Of a DNA stretch of 64,000 nucleotides, positions 29,052 through 38,677 are shown piece by piece; positions within the stretch are counted from its first letter, which is position 1, and every line of letters begins with the position of its first letter. A program made the position numbers and the translations under genes. Source of the DNA: an uncultured Thermoplasmata archaeon (GTDB lineage Archaea > Thermoplasmatota > Thermoplasmata > RBG-16-68-12); NCBI GenBank assembly GCA_963768855.1, contig CAVYJM010000011.1:160001-224000 (forward strand), read 5' to 3'. The notes beneath the pieces are model-generated. The model did not search any database. It saw only the letters and a list, made by a program, of their open reading frames with translations, and was not told the DNA's origin.

Positions 29052-29289
29052 GTTGTGTCCTCCTGCGGTGGGTTACCACCGCATGGAACCTAATGGGGCG
29101 GGCGCGCGCCTTTAAACGTTTCGCGATGAATGTGCATGATTGAGAACACCCGTTTTTCGTGCGATTTCCGACGAAACGGCCGGAGGCCGTCTTTGGAAGG
29201 ATGGAGGGGTGAATTCCCGCGGTCCCAGCTTAAATAGTATCGACCTCCCGTGTGGCCGGGAATCAGGGGCCTCCGCTTCGAGGGATGTC

Positions 29290-29859
29290 CTAGGCCCCGG
29301 AGACCTCGAGGGACTCATCGCTGACGAGCACGAGCATGTTCCGGATCTCCTCCGTCTCGTACTCCTGCATCGAGAAGATGACCGTGTAGGCCCCGCGCGC
29401 TCGGAGGTTGTTGACAAGGATGTGGAGAAACTCGCTCAGGATCTTCATGTTGTTGTGGATCGCGAGCGAATTGATCGAGTCCAGGACGACGAGGACGTTA
29501 CGCCCCTCGTTCTTCCGCATCAGGAACTCGACCTTGAGCATGATGTTCTCGAGCATCGTCGGGCTCTCGACCTGGATTGCGTGGGAATGTCGCTTCTCCG
29601 TGGACATCATGATCTGGCTGATGCAGTCCACGAACCAGATATGGTCCAGCGGGATTTCGAGGACCTCCAGGGCGCTGATGATGCTCTGCGCGGGGACCGT
29701 CGTCGTGACGTAGATGACGTCGAGATCCTTCTTCGTCGCGAAGAGGTCCACGATCCCCTGGATCGCGTCGAAGTACTGTTCCGCCTTGAGACGCAGCGTG
29801 ACGGCGGAGGCCTCGGGCTGCTTCAGGAGCTGGTCGCTGACCTCGGAGGGGACGCTCAT
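29290..29859 (-). CDS. Inactive KaiC/RecA-fold (DUF835-like) protein
   Basis: VIYVT, WFVDCIS, VVLDSINSL; no Walker A motif. Confidence 0.75.
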   Translation of the reverse strand: MSVPSEVSDQLLKQPEASAVTLRLKAEQYFDAIQGIVDLFATKKDLDVIYVTTTVPAQSIISALEVLEIPLDHIWFVDCISQIMMSTEKRHSHAIQVESPTMLENIMLKVEFLMRKNEGRNVLVVLDSINSLAIHNNMKILSEFLHILVNNLRARGAYTVIFSMQEYETEEIRNMLVLVSDESLEVSGA

Positions 29860-29860
29860 C

Positions 29861-30631
29861 TCACATCCCTCCGGGGACGCTGCCGCCCTTCAGGAGGGGC
29901 ACAAGGAGCACCCCGCTCGTCGTCAGGTCGAGCACGTACTTCGCCCGGCTGTGCTGCGTCCCGCGCATCTTGACGACCTGGAGGGTGCGGAGGAGATCGC
30001 CGCGGCGCTCGAGGTTGGACGTGACGATGACGCCGTCCGCGATGGCCTCCTCGACCCCGAAGCGCGAGTAGCCTTCGGTCTGCGCGGTGATTTCCGCGAC
30101 GAGGAGGGAGGTGCACATCTTCGCGCTTAGGGACTGTCCCAGGCGCAGGAGGAAGTCGCGGATCCGCTCCTGTTCCTTGAGGCGGTAGGCCACGGAGGTC
30201 GCCGAGTCGAGCACGAGCCGCCGGATGCGGTTCTCCTCGACGAGGCCGAGGATCGTGTCCACGAGCAGCCGCGACTCCTCGAGGTTGAGCTCGTCCTTGT
30301 CGATCCCGAGCTTCTCGTAGACCCGCGGCAGATCGAGGAACTGGAGCTTCCCCTGCTTCACGAGCTTGTCGTCCCAGAAGTCGAACGGGATCACGTTGCG
30401 GAGGAGCTTGTCCGTGGGCTCCGTGACACTCAGATAGAGCGAGTTCTCCCCGTACAGCGCGCCCCGCACGAGGAACTCGATGCAGATCGAGGTCTTTCCC
30501 GTGCCGACGCTCCCGGAGACGAGCACCGTGTTCCCGCGGGGGACGCCTCCGTTCAGGATGTGGTCGATGCCTTCGATTCCCGTGACGCACCGCTCGCGTT
30601 CGCTACCCGCGTCGCGCTGATTCGAGGGCAT
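29861..30631 (-). CDS. KaiC-like/RAD55 ATPase
   Basis: TGIEGIDHILNGG, GSVGTGKT, LVLDS, EEAIADGVI, VVKMRG. Confidence 0.9.
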   Translation of the reverse strand: MPSNQRDAGSERERCVTGIEGIDHILNGGVPRGNTVLVSGSVGTGKTSICIEFLVRGALYGENSLYLSVTEPTDKLLRNVIPFDFWDDKLVKQGKLQFLDLPRVYEKLGIDKDELNLEESRLLVDTILGLVEENRIRRLVLDSATSVAYRLKEQERIRDFLLRLGQSLSAKMCTSLLVAEITAQTEGYSRFGVEEAIADGVIVTSNLERRGDLLRTLQVVKMRGTQHSRAKYVLDLTTSGVLLVPLLKGGSVPGGM

Positions 30632-30772
30632 CGGAAACCAAGCGTGCGACCTGGAAGCGGCTATTTGAGGAGCCCGCGCTGAATATCGGAAGTGAGAACG
30701 CCCCCCTCCGCAGCTCTCGATGCCCCGCTCGATATGTTCTTATCGCGTGGGTCGCTTACTTCAGGCGATACC

Positions 30773-32065
30773 GTGGAACCCGTCCTGCATGTGGCCCTCG
30801 ACTTCATGCACCTCAAGCGTGCGGTGCAGGCCGCGAAAGAAGCCGTGGAAGGCGGAGCGGACTGGATCGAGGCGGGAACCCCGTTGATCAAGTCGGAGGG
30901 GATGGCCGCGGTCCGCGAACTCAAGAAGGCCTTCCCGGACCACATGATCGTCGCGGACCTCAAGACGATGGACACGGGCGCCTTGGAGGTCGAGATCGCC
31001 GCGAAGGCCGGTGCGGACGTCATCACGATCATGGGCGTGACGGACGACGCCACGATCCTCGAGTCCGTGAAGGCGGCCCGCCGCTACGGCGCGAAGATCA
31101 TGATCGACCTGATGCGTGTCGAGGACAAGCCCAAACGCGCGGTCGAGCTCGAGAAGCTCGGCGTGGACTACCTCAACATGCACGTGTCGATCGACGAGCA
31201 GATGATCGCGCACACGCCGCTCGAGGAGCTGAAGGCCGTCGTGAAGGCGTCGAACCTCCCGGTCGCCGTGGCGGGCGGACTCAACTCGGAGACGGTCGGA
31301 CAGGCCGTCAAGGCGGGCGCCTCAATCATCATTGTGGGCGGCGCGATCATGAAGGCCGAGGATGTCACGAAGGCGACACGGACGATTAAGAAGGCGATGC
31401 GGGAGCGCAAGGCCATCCCTACCGGACTCTACAAGAAGTACACGGAGGCGGATGTCGTGGACGCCTTCCGCAAGGTCTCGACCCCGAACATCGCGGACGC
31501 GATGCAGAAGAGGGGCGTGATGCATGGCATCGTCCCCCGCATCAAGCACGGCCAGAAGCTCGTGGGCCGCGCCCTGACGGTCAAGACCGCAGACGGGGAC
31601 TGGGCGAAGCCCGTCGAGGCGATCGACCGCGCGAAGGAGGGCGACGTGATCGTGGTCGACGTCGGCGGCGGCCCGACCGCGGTATGGGGTGAGCTCGCCT
31701 CGAACTCGTGCCTCGTCAAGGGCGTGGCCGGCGTCGTCATCGACGGCGGCGCGCGGGACATCGATGCGATCCTCGACCTCAACTTCCTCCTCTTCAGCCG
31801 CCACACCTCCCCCCACGCCGGGGAGCCGAAGGGCCAGGGCTCCATCGGCGGGGAGATCGAGTGCGGCGGCCAGGTCGTCCGGACGGGCGACTGGATTGTC
31901 GGGGACGAGTCCGGCGTGATCGTCGTGCCGAAGGAGCTCGGCGTCGAGATGGCGAACCGCGCGCTCGACGTGCTCGAGCGGGAGAACCGGATCCGCGAAG
32001 AGATTAAGCGGGGCGGCACGCTGAGTTCCGTGCTTGAGCTCGAGAAGTGGGAGCAGGTCCGCTGA
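30773..32065 (+). CDS. hps: 3-hexulose-6-phosphate synthase fused to an RraA/HMG-aldolase-like domain
   Basis: LHVALD, IEAGTPLIK, VADLKTMDTG (HPS), followed by STPNIADAM...GRALTV...AVWGEL...DGGARD (RraA). Confidence 0.88.
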   Translation: MEPVLHVALDFMHLKRAVQAAKEAVEGGADWIEAGTPLIKSEGMAAVRELKKAFPDHMIVADLKTMDTGALEVEIAAKAGADVITIMGVTDDATILESVKAARRYGAKIMIDLMRVEDKPKRAVELEKLGVDYLNMHVSIDEQMIAHTPLEELKAVVKASNLPVAVAGGLNSETVGQAVKAGASIIIVGGAIMKAEDVTKATRTIKKAMRERKAIPTGLYKKYTEADVVDAFRKVSTPNIADAMQKRGVMHGIVPRIKHGQKLVGRALTVKTADGDWAKPVEAIDRAKEGDVIVVDVGGGPTAVWGELASNSCLVKGVAGVVIDGGARDIDAILDLNFLLFSRHTSPHAGEPKGQGSIGGEIECGGQVVRTGDWIVGDESGVIVVPKELGVEMANRALDVLERENRIREEIKRGGTLSSVLELEKWEQVR

Positions 32066-32072
32066 GGTGGGC

Positions 32073-32819
32073 ATGGATCGCAAGGCAGTCGAAGCCCTCC
32101 TGCGCGACCTGAAGGACGGCAAGGTCACTGTCAAGGAGGCCATGAGCGCACTCCGCGCCCTGCCCTACGAAGACCTCGGGTTCGCGAAGATCGACTCCCA
32201 CCGCGACCTGAGGCGGGGCATCCCCGAGGCGGTCTACTGCCCCGGCAAGACGACGGACCAGATCGTCGCGATCGTGACGCGAATGGTGGCGTCCCGCTCC
32301 CTCGCACTCGCGACGCGGGCGACCCCGGAGATCCACGCGCGGATCCAGGAGAGCCTCGTCGGGACGCCCGTCACCTACCACGAGAAAGCGCGCATGGTCG
32401 TGGCGGGGAAGCCGCCTGCCGCGCGGCGCGGGCGGGTCCTCGTGGTCACCGCGGGGACGAGTGACATCCCCGTCGCCGAGGAAGCGGCGGTGACCGCCGA
32501 GGTGCTGGGCAACCGCGTGACCCGCCTCTACGACGTCGGCGTGGCGGGGATTCACCGCGTGCTCGACCACCGGGACCTCCTCCAGGGGGCGAAGGTCGTC
32601 GTCGTCGTGGCGGGGATGGAAGGCGCACTCCCGAGCGTCGTCGCGGGCCTCGTGGACGTCCCCGTGATTGCCGTGCCCACCTCCGTCGGGTACGGCGCGA
32701 GCTTCGACGGCCTCGCCGCCTTGCTCGGAATGATGAACGCGTGCTCGCCCGGGGTTGCGGTCGTCAACATCGACAACGGGTTCGGCGCAGGCTACCTCGC
32801 CAGCGTGATGAACCGCTGA
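32073..32819 (+). CDS. larB: Nickel pincer cofactor biosynthesis protein LarB
   Basis: FAKIDSHR, PEAVYCPGK, AGTSDIPVAEEA, DVGVAGIHR, AGMEGALPSVV, PTSVGYG, VVNIDNGFGA. Confidence 0.9.
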   Translation: MDRKAVEALLRDLKDGKVTVKEAMSALRALPYEDLGFAKIDSHRDLRRGIPEAVYCPGKTTDQIVAIVTRMVASRSLALATRATPEIHARIQESLVGTPVTYHEKARMVVAGKPPAARRGRVLVVTAGTSDIPVAEEAAVTAEVLGNRVTRLYDVGVAGIHRVLDHRDLLQGAKVVVVVAGMEGALPSVVAGLVDVPVIAVPTSVGYGASFDGLAALLGMMNACSPGVAVVNIDNGFGAGYLASVMNR

Positions 32820-32825
32820 AGGCGC

Positions 32826-33548
32826 TCAGATGAAGAGGTAACCGAGGTACGCTCCTGTCCCCAGGATTCCGAGCGTTACGGCGAGGATTCCGACCCACAC
32901 GCCCTTGTTCCAGTGCCACACCTTCGCTCCGTCTAGGGGCATCACGGGAATCATGTTGAATCCAGCAAGGATGAGGTTCACGGACGCAGCGTACTGGAAG
33001 AGGAAATACACGAGGAACGCGAGGTACACGGTCTCGGCGAGGGGAGCGATGAGCACGACCGCGGCAAAGAACCCGAGGCCGAGCACGATATTGGTGACGG
33101 GACCGGCCGCGCTGATCCGGCCGTTCTGCTCGGGCGTGACCATCCCCGAGATGTACGTCGCTCCGGGAGCCCCGAAGATGAACCCGAGGAAGGCGAAGAC
33201 GAACGCCATCATGAGGCCCTGCAGGGAGTAGCGGAATTCGGCCCAGTGGCCGTAGCGCTGCGCGGTGATCTTGTGCATGATCTCGTGCAGGCCGACCCCG
33301 GATCCGACGGAGACGAGCGCCGCAAGGAAGAAGTAGCCGATGCCCACGGCGGGGCTGGAGAACAGGTCCAAGTATGCCATCCCTCCGTAGAACGGGTTGA
33401 GGATGACCACCGTGAAGGCCGCGCTCAGGGCCAGGATGGCGACCCCGAGCTGGACGAGCTCCGTCCGGCTGAACCGGACGCCAGGAGTCGGCGGCTGCGG
33501 GACCACATAGATCGGAGGCGCCGCGTACTCGGAATAGGGAGGGCGCAT
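32826..33548 (-). CDS. Site-2 protease (peptidase M50)
   Basis: HEIMH zinc motif, ISAAGP, FNMIPVMPLDG. Confidence 0.88.
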   Translation of the reverse strand: MRPPYSEYAAPPIYVVPQPPTPGVRFSRTELVQLGVAILALSAAFTVVILNPFYGGMAYLDLFSSPAVGIGYFFLAALVSVGSGVGLHEIMHKITAQRYGHWAEFRYSLQGLMMAFVFAFLGFIFGAPGATYISGMVTPEQNGRISAAGPVTNIVLGLGFFAAVVLIAPLAETVYLAFLVYFLFQYAASVNLILAGFNMIPVMPLDGAKVWHWNKGVWVGILAVTLGILGTGAYLGYLFI

Positions 33549-33592
33549 GCGAGGACCCCACGCCCCATCCGTATATAGGATTGTGCTCCGCC

Positions 33593-34444
33593 TTAGACGA
33601 ACTTCGCGCCGCAGTTCTCGCACTGCTCCGCCGCAGGCGGCAGGCGAACGTCGCAGAGAGGGCAGCGGAACTGGCCCCGTTCCGCCTTCTTCAGGATCTG
33701 CGCGCGGATCAGGCGCACGCTCCGCTCGCGGAACGCATCGAGGTCCGTCGCCAGGAGCGCCTCGAGCGGGGCGACATCGAACCCTTTCTCCCGCCAGGCG
33801 TCGATCTGTCGGCGGTACTCATCCCGGACCACGTCCTCGGGGCTCAGGCCGCCGAAGGCGTCGAGCAGCTCGAGACGCACGTCCTCGGGCATCTCCCGGA
33901 AGTCCTCGTCCTCGGCGAGGCCCACGAGCTCTCCCGCGACCTCCTGGAGCTTCTGCTCGACCGTCTCGACGGGAAGGTGGGCGGAGGCCGACCCGCATGT
34001 GGCGCACTGATCGGCGCCTGCGGGCCAGGCTGAGCCGCACACCGCGCACCGGTCGCTCGAGGCGGGGCGGTCGATCTTCGGGGCGAGGTCGGCCAGGAGC
34101 GCCCGCCGCGCGATCGCATGGTGCAGCCCCTTCTGGACGTCGCTCTCGGGGAGGGCGAGTCGCACGATGTCGGAGAAGTCCCGGTACCCGCGGGCCACGA
34201 GGGCCCGGGCGCGCTCGGGCGAGATGCCCGGGACGGACGCGAGAAGCCGAACGGCCTCCTCGTCCGCAGGGCCCTGCGGCTCGGGACCTAGGTTCGCCCC
34301 GCAGGCGTCGCAGAGTGCGATCCACCCCGAGAAGAGCTTGCCGCACTTCGGGCAGATCGCCTGGCCTCGGAGGAGGATCGTGTTGCAGCGCGGGCAGACC
34401 GCATTGTCCGACTTGAACCCGCAGACGGCACACCGGCGGGCCAC
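33593..34444 (-). CDS. Multi zinc-ribbon protein with helix-hairpin-helix
   Basis: Eight CxxC knuckles (four pairs); LASVPGISPERARALVARGY HhH-like motif. Confidence 0.75.
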   Translation of the reverse strand: MARRCAVCGFKSDNAVCPRCNTILLRGQAICPKCGKLFSGWIALCDACGANLGPEPQGPADEEAVRLLASVPGISPERARALVARGYRDFSDIVRLALPESDVQKGLHHAIARRALLADLAPKIDRPASSDRCAVCGSAWPAGADQCATCGSASAHLPVETVEQKLQEVAGELVGLAEDEDFREMPEDVRLELLDAFGGLSPEDVVRDEYRRQIDAWREKGFDVAPLEALLATDLDAFRERSVRLIRAQILKKAERGQFRCPLCDVRLPPAAEQCENCGAKFV

Positions 34445-34526
34445 GGGGGCGGACTCCGGTGGGCGTTACTTAAGGCGTCGCCTCCGATTATCCGCTGCGA
34501 GCCGCGTCCCGGAGAGAGGCCGGGCA

Positions 34527-34970
34527 TCACGGGTCGACGTATCGTTCCGGCAGCAGGTCCGCGGCCCTCCGCCGGACCACGGTCCCTTTGGGACCCGCCA
34601 GGAGGACCGTGAGCTTCGGCGCGTAATCGTTGAACATCTCGCGGCACACACCGCAAGGCGGGACGATGCGGCCCCGTGGGCTCCTCGCGCCCCGTCGCCC
34701 CCGCTGCACGGCCACGATCGTTTCGAGCCCCTTCTCGCCCGCGGCGATCGCCATGCCGAGCGCGATGGCCTCCGCGCACACGTCGACCCGGCCGACGTAT
34801 TTCGCGTTCAGGTTGACCGCGGTGTAGATCCTCCCCGACCGACCGCGGAGCGCGGCCCCGACCGAGTGGATCCCAGGTCGGAACCGCCGTGCGAGCACGG
34901 AGCGGGCCGCGTCCAGGAGGCGCCGGTCGTCGACGGAGGTCTCCGCCGCCTTCCGACTGCGCATCGCCAT
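34527..34970 (-). CDS. cdd: Cytidine deaminase (tetrameric 3-Cys type)
   Basis: VGAAL, CAEAIA, PCGVCRE. Confidence 0.85.
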   Translation of the reverse strand: MAMRSRKAAETSVDDRRLLDAARSVLARRFRPGIHSVGAALRGRSGRIYTAVNLNAKYVGRVDVCAEAIALGMAIAAGEKGLETIVAVQRGRRGARSPRGRIVPPCGVCREMFNDYAPKLTVLLAGPKGTVVRRRAADLLPERYVDP

Positions 34971-35109
34971 GCACGTAGCGGCACGGGTTCGTGGGGCATG
35001 AACCTGAGCCTCGTCGTCCCATCCGAGGCATTTGGGCTCGGACCTTTCACAGTTGTTCCACAGACCTCATATGTCCGTCTGCGGTAGAATCGGCCGGGAA
35101 GCGAACCGG

Positions 35110-35457
35110 ATGGTCGATGCACCTGCATGGGATCTGCGCCTCCTCGTGTCCGGTCTTGCGATTGGCTTCATCGCGATGGCTGTCGGCGTCGCCACGGCGA
35201 ACCTGCCGGGCTTCCAGACGACGGTCGTGTCCCAGGGCCGCAGCGCGGTCGTCGTCACGCCCCCGGGTCTGATGGCGCTCGACGTACTCGTCGTCGGTTC
35301 GTTCTTCCTGAGCGTGGCGGGGATCGGGCTTGCGGGTCGGTCGACGCGCAGCGAGGTCCCAGGCCGTGCGCCCGCCGCCGTCCCGACCCGGAGACAACGT
35401 GAGCGTGCGTCGAAGCCCTGGCTCACCGGCCGCCGGCACCCACGGCGGACGGCGTGA
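35110..35457 (+). CDS. Small 2-TM membrane protein
   Basis: Two hydrophobic segments and a basic tail. Confidence 0.55.
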   Translation: MVDAPAWDLRLLVSGLAIGFIAMAVGVATANLPGFQTTVVSQGRSAVVVTPPGLMALDVLVVGSFFLSVAGIGLAGRSTRSEVPGRAPAAVPTRRQRERASKPWLTGRRHPRRTA

Positions 35458-35539
35458 GGGTTCGTCACTTTCGCTCCCCTCTCCTCCACAACGCTTCATA
35501 TCCCCTGGCCCGTCGCTGGGCCTTGCGGCCCGAAGGTAG

Positions 35540-37432
35540 TTGATGGAGCAGCTTGCGGTCCCAGAGGCGTCCCCCTCGGGGGCGGAGCGCGTGCCGTGGC
35601 CCTTCGACCGCGTGCGCCCGGGCCAGGCCGAGTTCCTCGCGGATGCCCGACGGGCGATCGCGGAAGGCCGGCATCTCCTGGCCCACGCCCCCACGGGGAT
35701 CGGGAAGACCGCCGTGGCGCTCGTCGCCTCCCTCGGGTACGCCCTCGAGACGGGGAAGACGGTCCTCTTCCTGACCGCGCGGCAGAGCCAGCACCGGATC
35801 GCCATCGAGACCCTCCGGCGCCTGGAGGCGAAGGGCGCCCGCGTGCCCGCGGTGGACGTGATCGCGAAGCAGGACATGTGCCTCCAGTCGGACCGGCCCG
35901 AGTTCGGACGCGCCTTCCACGAGTTCTGCGAGCTGAAGGTCCGGACCCATGCCTGCACGTTCTTCAACCGCGATGACGGGGTCGTCGTGACGGCGGTCCT
36001 CCAGCGTGCCCTCCACGTGCAGGAGCTCGTCCAGGCGAGCTCCGCGTGCCACGTGTGCCCGCACAAGGTCGCGATGGACGCGGCGGAGCGCGCGAGCCTG
36101 ATCGTGTGCGACTACAACTACGTCTTCAGCGACATCCTGAGCTGGACCCTCGAACGCCTCGGGAAGGGGCTCGAGGACCTCGTGCTCATCGTCGACGAGG
36201 CGCACAACCTCCCGGACCGCATCCGTGCGCACCTGGGCGGGGACCTCTCCCTCACGGACGTCCTGCGCGCGGTGCGGGAGTCCCGCGACCTCGACGCGGA
36301 GACCTCCCACCAGCTCCTCGGGGTCGCGAAGGCCCTCGAGCGGTTCCTCCTCGGCCTCCCGGCCGAGCGGATCGCGAAGAAAGAGGAGTTCATCGAGGCC
36401 GTCGAGGCGGGGCTCCGCCATGGCCTCGGCCGTCGCGTGAACTATACGGACCTCGTCGAGCTCGTCTCCCACGCCGCGGAGGAGGGCGTCCGCCGCGGAC
36501 GGTCCACCTCGCTCCCCCAGCTCGAGGAGTTCCTGCGCCGGTGGCGGGACCAGGACGAGGGTATCCTGCGCCTCGTCGTCCCGGGGAACGAGGGCAAGTT
36601 CGCGTTCCGCCTCATGGACCCGAGCGTCCTGAGCCAGCCCGTGTTCGACCGCGTCCACGCCAGCGTGCTCATGTCGGGCACCCTGTACCCGGCCGAGATG
36701 TACGCGGACCTGCTGGGAATCAGAGACGGGCGGCGGTGGATCCGCACCTATCCGTCGCCCTTCCCCCCGGAGAACCGTCTCCTCCTCGTGCACCCGATCG
36801 CTACCACGCTCTACGCGAAGCGGTCCAAAGGGATGCACGACCTGATCGCCCGGGAGGTCGTCGCCGTCGCGGCGGGCACCCCGGGGAACGTCGCGGTGTT
36901 CTTCCCGTCGTACGAGCTCCTGAAGGAGGCGGAGGGCCGCATCCGCCCGGCGGGATTGAAGAAGAAGCTGCTCGTCGAGCATCCGACGTGGAACAAGGCG
37001 AAGCGCGACGGGGCGCTCGAGGCGCTTCGTCTCGCGCGCGGCCAGGGCGGGGGCATCCTCCTCGGAGTGCAGGGTGGCTCTCTGAGCGAGGGCGTGGACT
37101 ATGAGGGCAACCTCCTCCAGGCGGTGGTCGTCGTCGGGCTGCCGATGAGCCCGCCGAACCTCGAGGTCGAGTCCCTGAAGGACTACTACATCCGGAAGTT
37201 CGGGCCGTCGAAGGGCTACGACTACGCGTACGTCTTCCCGGCGGTGAACAAGGTCCTCCAGGCCGCGGGGCGCCCGATCCGGAGCGAGCGGGACCGGGCC
37301 GCGGTCGTCCTCCTGGAGGGCCGCCTCCTGGCGCCGCGGTACCAGAGGTGCCTCCCTCCCGAGTTCGCGCCCCACTCGAGCTCGACTCCCTCCCACGAGG
37401 TCCGCCGGTTCCTCACGGTCCCGGCGGCATGA
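35540..37432 (+). CDS. xpd: XPD/Rad3/DinG family Fe-S DNA helicase
   Basis: APTGIGKT, Fe-S Cys cluster, VDEAH, MSGTL, GSLSEGVD, QAAGRPIR. Confidence 0.92.
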   Translation: MMEQLAVPEASPSGAERVPWPFDRVRPGQAEFLADARRAIAEGRHLLAHAPTGIGKTAVALVASLGYALETGKTVLFLTARQSQHRIAIETLRRLEAKGARVPAVDVIAKQDMCLQSDRPEFGRAFHEFCELKVRTHACTFFNRDDGVVVTAVLQRALHVQELVQASSACHVCPHKVAMDAAERASLIVCDYNYVFSDILSWTLERLGKGLEDLVLIVDEAHNLPDRIRAHLGGDLSLTDVLRAVRESRDLDAETSHQLLGVAKALERFLLGLPAERIAKKEEFIEAVEAGLRHGLGRRVNYTDLVELVSHAAEEGVRRGRSTSLPQLEEFLRRWRDQDEGILRLVVPGNEGKFAFRLMDPSVLSQPVFDRVHASVLMSGTLYPAEMYADLLGIRDGRRWIRTYPSPFPPENRLLLVHPIATTLYAKRSKGMHDLIAREVVAVAAGTPGNVAVFFPSYELLKEAEGRIRPAGLKKKLLVEHPTWNKAKRDGALEALRLARGQGGGILLGVQGGSLSEGVDYEGNLLQAVVVVGLPMSPPNLEVESLKDYYIRKFGPSKGYDYAYVFPAVNKVLQAAGRPIRSERDRAAVVLLEGRLLAPRYQRCLPPEFAPHSSSTPSHEVRRFLTVPAA

Positions 37433-37483
37433 GCCGGCGGCCGCCGGGGAAGGTTTTTCCCGCAGCACGGGTTCGCGCGGGAC

Positions 37484-38095
37484 GTGTGGCTGAAACGGGG
37501 AGCCGAGGCCGAGCTGCGGAAGACGGAGTTCCTCGGTCGCGCTGCGGTCGAGAAGTTCCGGGTGCCGAAGGCCTACCGCCTGGCCGCGCTAGACGAGGAG
37601 CTCCGGCGCACGCGCATCCGCATGGAGGCGCGCCTCATGTCGGAGGCCCGCGCGGCAGGGGTGGCCGTCCCGATCCTGTATGACGTCAACCTGGTCGACA
37701 ACAAGATCGTCATGGAGTTCATCGACGGACCGACCGTGAAGGAGGTTCTGGACCGCGGCGGCCCCGCGGCCCGTGAGGCGGCGAGGGAGGTCGGCCGGAT
37801 TGCGGGGCGGCTGCACAAGGCAGGGATCATCCACGGCGACCTGACGACGTCGAACATGATCCTGCGCGACGGGCGGATCGTCATGATCGACTTCAGCCTC
37901 GGAGGGAAGGGGGGCACCGCGGAGGAACGTGGGGTGGACCTGCACCTCCTGCGGGAGGCTCTCACGAGCGCGCACAAGAACGCGGCAGGCTACTACCGCG
38001 AGGTGCTCGCGGGGTATCGCGAGGTCCTGGGCGACGCCGCGAGCGAGACGATCGCGAAGGTCAAGGAGATCGAGGGGCGGGGGCGGTACACGTGA
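37484..38095 (+). CDS. bud32: KEOPS kinase Bud32
   Basis: GAEA, IHGDLTTSNMI, IDFSLG, VDLHLL. Confidence 0.92.
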   Translation: MWLKRGAEAELRKTEFLGRAAVEKFRVPKAYRLAALDEELRRTRIRMEARLMSEARAAGVAVPILYDVNLVDNKIVMEFIDGPTVKEVLDRGGPAAREAAREVGRIAGRLHKAGIIHGDLTTSNMILRDGRIVMIDFSLGGKGGTAEERGVDLHLLREALTSAHKNAAGYYREVLAGYREVLGDAASETIAKVKEIEGRGRYT

Positions 38096-38652
38096 CGATC
38101 CAGTTCATCACGACGAACGCGGGGAAGTTCGCGGAGGTCTCCGGGAAGCTCGACGAGGTGAACGTCAAGCTCGTCCATCTGGACCGCGGCTACCCGGAGA
38201 TCCAGACGGACCGCCTCGAGAAGGTCCTGAAGTCCGCGGCCACCGGCCTCGACGACGAGGTGAAGGGCGACTACCTGATCGACGACTCGGGGCTCTTCAT
38301 CGAGGCCCTCGGGGGCTTCCCCGGCGTGTACTCGGCGTACGCGCAGAAACGCCTCGGGAACCGGGGGATCCTCAAGCTCATGGCCGGGGAGACGTACCGC
38401 GCCGCGACGTTCCAGACGGTCTTCCTCCTGCGGCAGGGCGACGAGCACGGGGTCTTCCACGGGGACTGCCCCGGGACGATCACGGAGGCGGAGCGGGGGA
38501 AGAACGGTTTCGGGTACGATCCGATCTTCATGCCGAAAGGCGAGACGCGGACGTTCGGCGAGATGACCCTGAAGGAGAAGAACGCGATCTCCCACCGGGC
38601 CCGCGCCGTCGAAGCCCTCGTGGCGCACCTGACCCGAACGAAGGAACCTTGA
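38092..38652 (+). CDS. rdgB: Non-canonical purine NTP pyrophosphatase (RdgB/HAM1)
   Basis: TTNAGK, DDSGL, FPGVYS, FGYDPIF, KNAISHR. Confidence 0.95.
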   Translation: MTIQFITTNAGKFAEVSGKLDEVNVKLVHLDRGYPEIQTDRLEKVLKSAATGLDDEVKGDYLIDDSGLFIEALGGFPGVYSAYAQKRLGNRGILKLMAGETYRAATFQTVFLLRQGDEHGVFHGDCPGTITEAERGKNGFGYDPIFMPKGETRTFGEMTLKEKNAISHRARAVEALVAHLTRTKEP

Positions 38653-38677
38653 AGTCGCGGGCCCCCATCCCTCGCAC

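Noticed and set aside
29102-29111. GC palindrome ggcgcgcgcc next to the pilin TATA box as an operator
   Set aside because: Such palindromes are expected by chance at this GC content, and there is no supporting second copy.
34527-34970. CAE instead of HAE in the deaminase motif
   Set aside because: This is normal for tetrameric 3-Cys cytidine deaminases (Bacillus type).
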